64,000 nt of DNA from Bacteroidaceae bacterium (GTDB taxonomy: Bacteria; Bacteroidota; Bacteroidia; Bacteroidales; Bacteroidaceae). Below are positions 9,234 to 17,972 of the stretch, piece after piece. The DNA lies in assembly GCA_024400995.1 (NCBI GenBank), contig JAKSLU010000002.1, positions 7,677 through 71,676 of the forward strand. Reading direction: 5' to 3'. A program made the translations under genes and the position numbers. Under the pieces are notes generated by a model. The model ran no database searches. It worked only from the letters and a program-made list of their open reading frames with translations, and had not been told where the DNA came from. Every line of letters starts with the position of its first letter. Position 1 is the stretch's first letter.

Positions 9234-9533
9234 ATGAGAGTTGTATCACAGAAAGCCTTGAAGACGTTTTATGAGACGCCTGGACGGGAGGAGGCAAAAG
9301 CTCCTCTGCAGCGTTGGCTCGAAATTGCGGAGAATGCCGAGTGGCACAACTTTGCAGAGATGAGAGCCGACTTTCCCTCCGTTGATTCTGTTGGCAACCA
9401 GCATTATGTTTTCAACATCGGCGGCAATAAGTTTCGCCTTGTCGTTGTCGTGAAGTTTGTCATGGGGTATATTTTTATCCGATTTGTAGGAACACACAGC
9501 GAGTATGACAAAATAGACTGTTCAACCATTTAA
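9234..9533 (+). CDS. higB: Type II toxin, HigB family (RelE-like mRNA interferase)
   Basis: MRVVSQKAL.., W..FAEMRADFPSVD, YVFNIGGNKFRLVV and IRFVGTHSEYDKID; lies upstream of an HTH antitoxin. Confidence 0.9.
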   Translation: MRVVSQKALKTFYETPGREEAKAPLQRWLEIAENAEWHNFAEMRADFPSVDSVGNQHYVFNIGGNKFRLVVVVKFVMGYIFIRFVGTHSEYDKIDCSTI

Positions 9534-9546
9534 TGACTCCGCAATT

Positions 9547-9909
9547 ATGAAAAAGATTACTCAGGAACAATACGAGTGGGCTCTTGCCCGTATCGAAGAA
9601 CTTCTTCCGGTTGTTGACGATACAATGCCCTTGAACGATCCGAGAGTCGTAGAGCTCTCCCTCGTGTCCGACATTGTCATTGCTTATGAGAAGGAGCATT
9701 TCCCCATAGAGAAACCTACGGTGGCCGAACTCATTGCAGATGGTATTGAGGAGTGTGGCATAACCCAAAAGCAGTTAGCGATGGAGATTGGTGTAAGTCC
9801 TTCGCGTATCAGCGACTTCGTTTCGGGGAAGGCCGAACCATCATTGCGTCTGGCAGGCAGATTGTGCAGCCGACTCCGCATTCGCCCATCCGAGATGTTG
9901 ATGCTTTAG
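9547..9909 (+). CDS. higA: Type II antitoxin HigA (XRE HTH)
   Basis: EQYEWALARIEELL, AYEKEHFPI and ITQKQLAMEIGVSPSRISDFVSGKAEPS. Confidence 0.88.
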   Translation: MKKITQEQYEWALARIEELLPVVDDTMPLNDPRVVELSLVSDIVIAYEKEHFPIEKPTVAELIADGIEECGITQKQLAMEIGVSPSRISDFVSGKAEPSLRLAGRLCSRLRIRPSEMLML

Positions 9910-9914
9910 TATTG

Positions 9915-9965
9915 AGACGCCCGACGCCCAAGTTACATCGTGACTGACGCCGGGCGTCTGCTTTG
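9915..9965. terminator. Hairpin between convergent higA and barrel gene 2
   Basis: AGACGCCCGACG...CGCCGGGCGTCT inverted repeat. Confidence 0.6.
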
Positions 9966-9969
9966 TGTC

Positions 9970-12909
9970 CTATTCAATACCCTTCTTGGGCTTCATCTGA
10001 AGGTGATAGACCACATGGAGACTGGCATACGAGCGGACGGTGTTTGTCCAGGTCTCGGTCAGTCCTTGGGCAGTGAGGACATGGGCCACATTGGTGAGCT
10101 GGTGGAGGAGGTCAAAGCCCACGGCGCGCAGCGTCCACTGCTTGGTCTTGCCCACACGGGTGGAGAGAGCTGCGTTCCACACCCACTCGGTGGTGTTCAT
10201 GCGCTGGTCGGTGTAGCCACGACGGAGGTTAAGGTTGAGGTCCGTATCCAGGTCGATGGTCCACTTGTCCCGACCGATGCCACGGAAGAGGGGCGTAGAG
10301 AAGGAGAACGTGTACTTCTGGTCGTTGTAGCTCATGGAGGCAAAGTTATCGCGATCGGACTGCACCCCATTCCATGTCACACGTCCGCTGGCCTCCACGC
10401 GCATCTGGCCATGGCTGTAGCTGAGGCGGGCATTGGAGCGCACGCGGTGGTTGAGCACGAGCGACTGCATAGGCATTGCCTCAGTGGCATCGCTCACAAA
10501 TCCCGTGCTGTGGGCAAAGGTGTAGCGCAGACCAGCCTCACCATTGAAGTGCTTGGCCTTGTCGAAGGCACGACCGTAGCTCACTCCTGCCGTGCCCCAC
10601 CAGTTGCCCTCGGTGTTGCAGGGCTGCGAGGTGGTGACACCCGTGGTGCGGTCGAAGGTGACGGCATCCATAAACTTGTGCTGCGTAAGGCAAAGTTCCG
10701 CGTTGGCATTCAGCCACTCGCCATGCTTGGGCTGGTTGTACTTGTAGCCCAGGTTGGCATCGTGGCTTATGGCCATACGCAGGTGAGGATTGCCCTTGCG
10801 GATATAGAGCGAGCTACCATTGTCCACCACATCGATGAGGTCATCCATGCGGGGTAGCTCAGGCTGCAGCTGATACGAGGCACTCAGTCCGCCACAGCGC
10901 GTTGACAACTGAGGGGCAAAGTAGATGTCGCGCCTGTTCAACTGCTGCGCGGTGGCATTGCGCTTGTCCAGAATGCTGCGATTGGTGATATGGAGCGGCA
11001 GGTTGGCACTGAAGTGGACGGAGTTCTTGGGGTTATGCCCCACGATGGAGTATGAGCTCAGTTCCACCCTATGGTCGTCCTTGGTCTCGTGGGTGTTGTA
11101 GGTATTGGCCATGTTGAGCTGCCAGAAGTCCTCAGATGTTTCGTCCCAGAAGGGAGAGGGCTCCGCAGGGTCATCGGGCAGGAGGCTGATGATGCCCAGA
11201 GCGTTCTTGTAGAGGCTATAGTCCGAATGGGAACTGTCGTGGTCGTAGCGGTAGTGCATCTTGGCATTGATCCATCCGCGTTTGCGTCGGAGTATGAACA
11301 ACTGGTGTGAGGCACCGACATTGTAGCGAAAGTTATGACTCGGAGAGAGCGTGCGCATATTCTCGTCGTAACCCTCGATGGAGCGACCCATGGTCTGGCG
11401 GAAGTTCACGCTGGTGCGCTCGTTCTCATAATAGTTCACGCCACCATTGATGATGAGGTTCTCCTTGGTGAAGGGCAGACGCACACTCAGCGATGCCGTG
11501 GCCCCTGCCGAAAGCGAGCGGGAGTCGTTGCGTCCCAGGCGCTGGAGCTGGGTGATGATTCTCTGCTGCAACTGCGTGGTGTCCTGCGGATCACCATCGT
11601 AGGTGGTGTTATGGTCCTTGGAGTATCCATGACCCTTGTGGTAGCTGAAGCTGGGCGACAGGGAGAAGTCATACCTCTTCTGCTTACTCTGCCGGAAGGT
11701 GGCGTGCCAGTTGAGGTTGCCAGAGTAGTTGCTCGACTGCGCAAGGTTGCGATGGAAGATATCGCCCGTCGGGAAGAACTTCTGCTCAGAGGTGCGCATC
11801 TGTGTTTCATTGGCATTGTGCTGGCCCGTGAGGGTGGTCTGAAAACTACGCGTCTGCTCCTTGTTCTCAATGCTAAAGTCCACACCAGCATTCTGCATGG
11901 TGTTCTCGCCGCTGCCTGCTGCCTGCATCTCGCGCCACTCGCCATTGTGCGTGGGGTTATGGTTGTCGCCCACATTGTTGGCGCTGGCATATATGCCCAA
12001 CTTGGAGTGATCCGTATAGCGCAGAGCGAAGGCACGACCGCGATGCACCAGGCCTGGGTCGCCAGTAGTGCGGGTGCCCAGTGCAGCCTCAAAGTTGGCG
12101 AGCCACCCCTCGCCGTATTCCTTCTTGAGGCGCACGTCCATCACGAGGCGCTTCTCTACAGCCTCGGCTTCGAGGGAATCGGCACGGGTGGCATTTTTGA
12201 GCTCGCGCACACCCTCGTGATAGACCTTTATCTTATCCACGGTGTAGTAGGGCAGGTTGTCGAGGGCCACATTGGGGTCACCCTTGAAGAAGTCCTTGCC
12301 GTTGACCAGCAGGCTCTGGACATACTCGCCGTTGACCGTGATGCGGCCATTGTTGCCGAGCTGTACACCGGGGAGGGCGCGCACCAGGTTGTTGAGCATG
12401 GAGCCAGAGGACATCTGCAGCGCAGCGGCATTATATATAATAGTGTCGCCCTTCTGTACCATCAGGATGCGCGTGGCTTTGGCCTCGGCCTCACCCAGCT
12501 CGATGTTCATGCTGCGGCGCGTCATGAGGCGGATCTCCTCATCCCAGAAGAAGCGGTTGCCCACAGCCTCCTTGTATTTATTACGGGGCAGAGGCACCAC
12601 GACCTGAGCGGGTTCGTGGCCCTTGATGGTAGCACAGAGCACGAGGGTATCCACAAACTCATTGAGCTTGACTGTGTAGCCCTCAAAGATCTCCTTGTCG
12701 TTCATGTAGCCCTTTTCCTCCCATGAGTCGAGGGACTCTATCTTGCGACCGTGCGTGTCGTAGGCGGTGAACTCTGCACCTTGGAGCTTCTTGCGGGTTA
12801 CCTCGTCGATGACCTGCACGCCGCGATGGTAAACTCTGGGCGCCTCGTTCTGGGCAAAAATCTGGAGCCCGAGGAGCGCGAGGAGGATGAGGAGTAGATT
12901 GCGTTTCAT
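9970..12909 (-). CDS. Large outer-membrane beta-barrel protein, paralog 2
   Basis: ATG 12909 MKRNLL signal peptide; GDTIIYNAAAL..GSMLNNLV..LPG, LVNGKDFFKGD, NLPYYTV and FDLLHQ..YASLHVVYHL. Confidence 0.8.
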   Translation of the reverse strand: MKRNLLLILLALLGLQIFAQNEAPRVYHRGVQVIDEVTRKKLQGAEFTAYDTHGRKIESLDSWEEKGYMNDKEIFEGYTVKLNEFVDTLVLCATIKGHEPAQVVVPLPRNKYKEAVGNRFFWDEEIRLMTRRSMNIELGEAEAKATRILMVQKGDTIIYNAAALQMSSGSMLNNLVRALPGVQLGNNGRITVNGEYVQSLLVNGKDFFKGDPNVALDNLPYYTVDKIKVYHEGVRELKNATRADSLEAEAVEKRLVMDVRLKKEYGEGWLANFEAALGTRTTGDPGLVHRGRAFALRYTDHSKLGIYASANNVGDNHNPTHNGEWREMQAAGSGENTMQNAGVDFSIENKEQTRSFQTTLTGQHNANETQMRTSEQKFFPTGDIFHRNLAQSSNYSGNLNWHATFRQSKQKRYDFSLSPSFSYHKGHGYSKDHNTTYDGDPQDTTQLQQRIITQLQRLGRNDSRSLSAGATASLSVRLPFTKENLIINGGVNYYENERTSVNFRQTMGRSIEGYDENMRTLSPSHNFRYNVGASHQLFILRRKRGWINAKMHYRYDHDSSHSDYSLYKNALGIISLLPDDPAEPSPFWDETSEDFWQLNMANTYNTHETKDDHRVELSSYSIVGHNPKNSVHFSANLPLHITNRSILDKRNATAQQLNRRDIYFAPQLSTRCGGLSASYQLQPELPRMDDLIDVVDNGSSLYIRKGNPHLRMAISHDANLGYKYNQPKHGEWLNANAELCLTQHKFMDAVTFDRTTGVTTSQPCNTEGNWWGTAGVSYGRAFDKAKHFNGEAGLRYTFAHSTGFVSDATEAMPMQSLVLNHRVRSNARLSYSHGQMRVEASGRVTWNGVQSDRDNFASMSYNDQKYTFSFSTPLFRGIGRDKWTIDLDTDLNLNLRRGYTDQRMNTTEWVWNAALSTRVGKTKQWTLRAVGFDLLHQLTNVAHVLTAQGLTETWTNTVRSYASLHVVYHLQMKPKKGIE
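12870..12909 (-). repeat. 40-bp direct repeat, copy 2 (5' end of barrel gene 2)
   Basis: 37 of 40 bases identical to 9093-9132. Confidence 0.85.
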
Positions 12910-12944
12910 AGTGTGTGGAATTGTTGTGTTTTGCATTTCTGGCG

Positions 12945-12952
12945 CAAAAGTA
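12945..12952 (-). promoter_or_regulatory. -7 promoter of barrel gene 2
   Basis: TACTTTTG on the minus strand. Confidence 0.6.
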
Positions 12953-13018
12953 CAACAATTCCCTCATACGCGCCGCACGCCCTGGTTGGCATGTATTGGC
13001 ATCTGCTCAGCAGGGCAC

Positions 13019-13050
13019 AAAAAGAGGGTTTGCAAAAGTTTGCAAACCCT
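13019..13050 (-). terminator. Intrinsic terminator after the regulator gene
   Basis: AGGGTTTGCAAA-AG-TTTGCAAACCCT hairpin with a T-run on the minus strand. Confidence 0.7.
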
Positions 13051-13117
13051 GATGTATTCAGCGTATCTCGCTGAGTACTATACTATTTCTCCACATAGGG
13101 AAGGTTGATTCCTACGA

Positions 13118-14185
13118 CTACAGCGTCTCGATGAAGTCGTCCCAGTCCTTGCTGCTGCCCTTGCGGGAGAATACCTTGGCGTAGAGGCGGGAGCGGATGG
13201 AGCTGATGGTGCTCTTGTCGCGGCAGAGGGCGGTGGCGATGTCGGCAGGAGCGATGTGGAGCTTGAGGAGCAGGCAGACGCGGAACTCGGTGTCGGAGAG
13301 GCGGCAGAGTTCGTAGAGGCGACTGCGGAAGTTGGGGTAGATGCGACGCACCTGATGCGCCACCTCCGTCCAGTCATCGTCGGTGAGGCATTCGCCCTGT
13401 GTGAGGCGCTGGCGGAGCGTCTGGTACCACTCCGACTCGTAGAGTTCGTCGCGGGCAGCCTCGGTGGCCTGTGTGATGACTGAGGGGCGGTCGCTTATCT
13501 CGTCCTGCAGCTCACGCAGGGCACGCTCCAACTGGCGCTTGCGGCGGAAGAAGTGCAGCAGCACACCACCGCCCACCAGCAGCACACCGCCCAGAGCCAG
13601 CAGCAGCCTGATGAGCCAGGACAGCTGATGGCGGGTGTCGATAAAGCGCTCCAGGAAATACTCCTGCCTCAGGCTACGGTCGCCACCCATCGCATCGCGA
13701 GCCATGCTCTCCAGCTCCAGACGCTGGCTCTCGGGGAAGTCCGTCAGCTTGTGCCAGGTCTGCAGCGTGCCCTCCCACTCGATGATCATCACCGAGTCGC
13801 TGAGGGAGCAGAGGCGGATGGGGATATTACCCTCGGAGTAGAGCGTGTCGCCTGGGGCCAGACGTAGCTGATAGCTCTCCTTGGTGTGGGGTACATACGT
13901 GTCGTGACTATCCCTGTGATGGCGGATGAACTTGTAGCACAAGCCATCGGGTTCGTAGGACTTGAGGATGGTACGCCCATTCGTGGCATAGAGGTCGTAG
14001 TACTCGTCGTGACGCCCATCGATGGACTCATTGTGGACATTGGCCCACATACCCGTGATAGTACTGACATGCTGATGCGAGACATCGGCGGCAGGTTCCT
14101 GCTTGCCACTGCAGGATGAGAGGAGGAGGGTTGCACCGAGCAGGAGGCACAGCGCTGAGTGGAGTGAGTAGCGTGTCTTGGTCAT
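13118..14185 (-). CDS. Putative membrane-spanning transcriptional regulator (lipobox, extracytoplasmic domain, TM helix, C-terminal LuxR-like HTH)
   Basis: LLLSSC lipobox; TM LLLALGGVLLVGGGVLLHFF followed by RRKR; C-terminal LSDTEFRVCLLLKL..IATALCRDKSTISSIRSRLYAK; start may be 14206. Confidence 0.7.
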   Translation of the reverse strand: MTKTRYSLHSALCLLLGATLLLSSCSGKQEPAADVSHQHVSTITGMWANVHNESIDGRHDEYYDLYATNGRTILKSYEPDGLCYKFIRHHRDSHDTYVPHTKESYQLRLAPGDTLYSEGNIPIRLCSLSDSVMIIEWEGTLQTWHKLTDFPESQRLELESMARDAMGGDRSLRQEYFLERFIDTRHQLSWLIRLLLALGGVLLVGGGVLLHFFRRKRQLERALRELQDEISDRPSVITQATEAARDELYESEWYQTLRQRLTQGECLTDDDWTEVAHQVRRIYPNFRSRLYELCRLSDTEFRVCLLLKLHIAPADIATALCRDKSTISSIRSRLYAKVFSRKGSSKDWDDFIETL

Positions 14186-14193
14186 AACAAATA

Positions 14194-14222
14194 ACCCTCC
14201 CGCCATACAGGGAGCGGGAGGG
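14194..14222 (-). terminator. Hairpin after the nucleotidyltransferase gene
   Basis: CCCTCCCGC...GCGGGAGGG stem followed by TTATTTGTT on the minus strand. Confidence 0.5.
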
Positions 14223-14250
14223 CATCAGAGTGTGGGGGATAAACTGTTGT

Positions 14251-15165
14251 TTAGAACATCTTGTCGGGGTACTGACCCTTGGCGTGGAGTTCAGCGAACT
14301 TCTCTACTACACCGGGACGATCCTCGGGATAGGTCACACCGAACCACTTGCTGGTGGTGTCGAGCACCTCGCAGGTAGCCTTGCCGGTCTTGATGAGGTG
14401 ATCCACCATGAGGGGGATGAAGAACTCGCTCTTGAGGTTCTCCATGTTCTTGGGGTCGGAGAGGAACTGCTTGAAGTACTCCTCGGAGTGCTTGAAGTAG
14501 TCGGGGGTGAAGCCCCAGAAGTTCATGCTGACGGGAGTGGTGTCGGGGATGCTCACCCACTGCTCGTTCTCGTCCAGATACTGCACCACGCCGTCGTGAC
14601 GCTCAATCTTGGTGCGCTCCACTACGGAGGTGAGGTGGTGGGTCTCGGGATCGTTCTCGCACACGCCGCGAGATACGGCACCATTGTCGGTCAGTGTGTT
14701 ATCTACACGGAAGCCTACCATGGCGTACTTGCCGGTGCTGCCCTCGGGGAGTTCGCTGAGGAACTTGCCCATCACCTGGAAGGCGTCGCGATCGTAGAAG
14801 TCGTCGCAGTTGAGCACAGCAAAGGGTTCCTTAATCACTTCGGCACCCATCATCACGGCATGGTTGGTACCCCAGGGCTTCTGGCGCTCAGCGGGGCAGG
14901 TGAAGCCTGCGGGGAGGGCATCCAGAGCCTGGAAGCAGAGTTCGCAGGGCACGTGGCCTTCGTACTTGGCCAGCACCTGCTGACGGAACTGCTCCTCAAA
15001 GTCCTTGCGGATGACCCACACAATCTTGCCGAAGCCAGCCTTGATGGCATCGTAGATACTATAGTCCATAATGGTCTCGCCGTGAGGGCCGAGAGTGTCG
15101 AGCTGCTTCAGACCGCCGTAGCGGCTACCCATGCCAGCAGCAAGCAGGAAAAGAGTAGGTTTCAT
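14251..15165 (-). CDS. Sugar-phosphate nucleotidyltransferase family protein
   Basis: LLAAGMGSRYGGLKQ, KPWGTNHAV, VLNCDDFY, VSMNFWGF and WFGVTY. Confidence 0.85.
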   Translation of the reverse strand: MKPTLFLLAAGMGSRYGGLKQLDTLGPHGETIMDYSIYDAIKAGFGKIVWVIRKDFEEQFRQQVLAKYEGHVPCELCFQALDALPAGFTCPAERQKPWGTNHAVMMGAEVIKEPFAVLNCDDFYDRDAFQVMGKFLSELPEGSTGKYAMVGFRVDNTLTDNGAVSRGVCENDPETHHLTSVVERTKIERHDGVVQYLDENEQWVSIPDTTPVSMNFWGFTPDYFKHSEEYFKQFLSDPKNMENLKSEFFIPLMVDHLIKTGKATCEVLDTTSKWFGVTYPEDRPGVVEKFAELHAKGQYPDKMF

Positions 15166-15199
15166 AGTGTATATTGGTTTTAGATTCAATTTTCAGCCG

Positions 15200-15259
15200 C
15201 AAAGTTAACTAAAAAAATGCAAACTTGAGTATGCATCTGCGAAATTTTTGCTAAATTTG
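15200..15259. promoter_or_regulatory. Divergent -7 promoter pair (nucleotidyltransferase / menA)
   Basis: TAACTTTG on the minus strand at 15200-15207; TAAATTTG on the plus strand at 15252-15259. Confidence 0.65.
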
Positions 15260-15268
15260 CAGCGAATT

Positions 15269-16195
15269 ATGAATATAATCCCGATAAACTCCTCCAAAGC
15301 CTGGCTTTTGGCGTCGCGTCCGAAGACCCTCACCGCAGCCTTGTCCCCCGTTTTAGTGGCCAGCGCATTGGCAATGAGGGAGGATGTGCTTTCAGAAATG
15401 CCGCCGCGCATATGGCTGACGGCATCTTTGTGTGTGCTCTTTGCGGCTCTCATGCAGGTGGCGGCTAATTTTATCAACGATCTCTACGACTTTCTGCGTG
15501 GTACGGATGGTGAGGAGCGCCTCGGCCCTGAGCGTGCCTGTGCCCAGGGATGGATCACGCCTGGCGCTATGCGCTGGGGTATAGGTATCGTGCTGACGCT
15601 AGCTTGTTCTGCGGGCCTCGGCATTTTGGCAAGCGCCATGCAGAGCCTCGATTTTCCATTTTCCATTTTCCATTTTTCATTTTTCATCAGCGTGGGCGCG
15701 GCCTGCGTACTTTTTGCTTTCCTCTATACCACATTGCTGAGCTATTGTGGTGGTGGCGATGTGCTAGTGTGGCTATTTTTCGGTTTTGTGCCCGTGCTAG
15801 GCACCTACTACGTGCTGACTGGAGCGCTCTCTCCTGCGGCTTGGCTGCTTGGGGCGGCTATGGGCTTGGTGACCGACACCCTGCTCGTGCTCAACAACTA
15901 CCGCGACCGTGACACCGACCGTACGGCTCACAAGCGCACTCTCATCGTGGTGTTTGGCGAACGCTTTGGCGAGGGCTTCTATCTGTGGCAGGGCCTCGCA
16001 GGTGTAGCACTGGCTGGACTCGGACTCGGAGTGCAGGCGCTCGCACCATACATCATATATATTATACTACACCTGCGCGCCTACCGACTGATGCGCCGCA
16101 TCCGCGCAGGTCGTGCCCTCAATGGCATCCTGGGACTGACGGCGCTCAATATTCTGCTGTTTGCCCTCTGCACGATAGCTGCAATTATGCTCTAA
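15269..16195 (+). CDS. menA: 1,4-dihydroxy-2-naphthoate octaprenyltransferase
   Basis: AWLLASRPKTL, NFINDLYDFLRGTD and NNYRDRDTD..KRTL; multiple TM segments. Confidence 0.92.
   Translation: MNIIPINSSKAWLLASRPKTLTAALSPVLVASALAMREDVLSEMPPRIWLTASLCVLFAALMQVAANFINDLYDFLRGTDGEERLGPERACAQGWITPGAMRWGIGIVLTLACSAGLGILASAMQSLDFPFSIFHFSFFISVGAACVLFAFLYTTLLSYCGGGDVLVWLFFGFVPVLGTYYVLTGALSPAAWLLGAAMGLVTDTLLVLNNYRDRDTDRTAHKRTLIVVFGERFGEGFYLWQGLAGVALAGLGLGVQALAPYIIYIILHLRAYRLMRRIRAGRALNGILGLTALNILLFALCTIAAIML
15651..15685 (+). repeat. Heptamer microsatellite inside menA
   Basis: (ATTTTCC)3(ATTTTTC)2, encoding FPFSIFHFSFF. Confidence 0.85.
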
Positions 16196-16208
16196 ACTAC
16201 TCCTATAT

Positions 16209-17885
16209 ATGAAGAACATCACCCTTCTCCTCTGCCTCCTTCTGTGCGGTGTCTCCGTGCAGATGGCTCAGGCCGACACCAGTCTCAACCTGACCCCCGC
16301 CCCCAAGCAGGCCGTCATCAAGTCAGGCACCTGCCTGCTGCCCACCACCTTCACTGTGGGCGTCGATGCCGCTCTGGGCGACAGTACCCTGCGCGAGGCA
16401 CAGACCCTCGTGGCTGAACTAAGCGACATGCTGCCCAGCCACCACATCAGCCTGGCCCATACGACCAAGGGGGCCTTTGTCAAGATCATCCGTGGCGGCC
16501 GCCCCGCCACCCTCGGCACCGAGGGCTACCTGATGAACATCACCTCCAGCGGCATACAGATCAGTGCGCTGACGGAGACCGGATTCTACTATGCCATGCA
16601 GAGCCTCCGCAAGATGCTCCCCGTCGGGGCCACCGAGCAGGTCTCTCTGCCCTGCACCAGCATCACGGACAGTCCCCGCTTTGGCTATCGCGGCTTCATG
16701 CTCGACTGCTCACGCCACTTCTGGCCCATGGAGGAGCTCAAGAAGATTATCGACATCATGGCTCTGTACAAGATGAACGTCTTCCACTGGCACCTCACCG
16801 ACGACCAGGGCTGGCGCGCCGAGATAAAGAAGTACCCCCGCCTCACCACTATCGGTGCCACGACGGCCAACTGCCGCCTGACCGACTTTGAGCACGGCAC
16901 CTACTGGATCAACGAGCCCTACGGCCCCTACTTCTACTCCCAGGACGACATGCGCGAACTCGTACAGTATGCCGCCGAGCGCCATATCAGCGTGCTGCCC
17001 GAGGTCGATATGCCCGGCCACTTCTGCGCTGCCATGGCCGCCTATCCTGAGTTTAGCTGCAACCCCAAGGGCGAGCACACCGTGCCTACACATCAGGGTG
17101 GTGTGTGGAACGACGTGATGAACGTGAGCAACCCCAAGGCTGTGCAGTTCGTCAAGGACATCATCGACGAGCTCTGCGACATCTTCCCTTACCCCTACTT
17201 CCACATCGGCGGCGACGAGTGTCCCACCACTGCCTGGGAGAACAACGCCGACTGCAAGGCCCTCGTGGAGCAGCTCGGCCTGCCCAACTTCCGCCATCTA
17301 CAGTCCCGCTTTATCAACGAGATCAGCGGCTATCTCAAGCAGAAGGGCCGCACCACCGTCATGTGGAATGAGAGCGTCACGGCCAAGGGTGCTGACCTCA
17401 ACCTCGTCAAGGAACACAATCCCCTCGTCATGAGCTGGCATCCCTGTCAGGAGGGTGTGCGCACCGCCACCGAACTGGGCCTCAATGCCATCGTCACCGA
17501 GTATCATGCCAAGGCTCCTGGCGAGAGCGGCTGGGGTGGCTACTACATCAACCGCCGTCCCTCCAAGGCAGCCGATGTGCCCGATGGCGCAGGCCATGGC
17601 GACGACACCGTGGAGGGCTGCTACAAGTATGTGCCCGTGCCCGCCGAACTCCCCGCTGAGCAGGCAGCCCGCGTAAGCGGCGTGCAGGCCACCTTCTGGT
17701 GCGAGTGGGTAGGCGTGCCCGAGTATCTGGAGTATCTGCTGCTGCCCCGCCTCTGTGCCGTGGCCGAGGCTGGCTGGACCCCCGAGGCCAAGAAGGACTA
17801 CGACGACTTTGTGCGCCGCATGACGCTCGACACCAAGTACTTCGACAAGGCTGGCTACAACTATCACAAGCACTGGATGAAATAA
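16209..17885 (+). CDS. GH20 beta-N-acetylhexosaminidase
   Basis: Signal peptide; RGFMLDCSRHF, HWHLTDDQGWR, PEVDMPGH and catalytic HIGGDE. Confidence 0.93.
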   Translation: MKNITLLLCLLLCGVSVQMAQADTSLNLTPAPKQAVIKSGTCLLPTTFTVGVDAALGDSTLREAQTLVAELSDMLPSHHISLAHTTKGAFVKIIRGGRPATLGTEGYLMNITSSGIQISALTETGFYYAMQSLRKMLPVGATEQVSLPCTSITDSPRFGYRGFMLDCSRHFWPMEELKKIIDIMALYKMNVFHWHLTDDQGWRAEIKKYPRLTTIGATTANCRLTDFEHGTYWINEPYGPYFYSQDDMRELVQYAAERHISVLPEVDMPGHFCAAMAAYPEFSCNPKGEHTVPTHQGGVWNDVMNVSNPKAVQFVKDIIDELCDIFPYPYFHIGGDECPTTAWENNADCKALVEQLGLPNFRHLQSRFINEISGYLKQKGRTTVMWNESVTAKGADLNLVKEHNPLVMSWHPCQEGVRTATELGLNAIVTEYHAKAPGESGWGGYYINRRPSKAADVPDGAGHGDDTVEGCYKYVPVPAELPAEQAARVSGVQATFWCEWVGVPEYLEYLLLPRLCAVAEAGWTPEAKKDYDDFVRRMTLDTKYFDKAGYNYHKHWMK

Positions 17886-17887
17886 GT

Positions 17888-17968
17888 CTAGACAATCTAG
17901 ACGACCTAGATAATCTAGACAACCTAGACAACCTAGACAACCTATAACACCTATAACACCTATAACTA
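17888..17968 (+). repeat. Nonamer tandem repeat filling the GH20-GH20 spacer
   Basis: Six CTAGA(C/T)(A/G)A(C/T) units followed by three CTATAAC(AC/TA) units. Confidence 0.9.
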
Positions 17969-17972
17969 CACT

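Noticed and set aside
6097..12909. Barrel genes as SusC transporters of a PUL
   Set aside because: SusC signature motifs are not visible and there is no SusD partner.
17548..17947. ORFs ending or starting in LDNLDN / SRLSRL repeats
   Set aside because: They are translations of the intergenic nonamer repeat overlapping the real GH20 gene.
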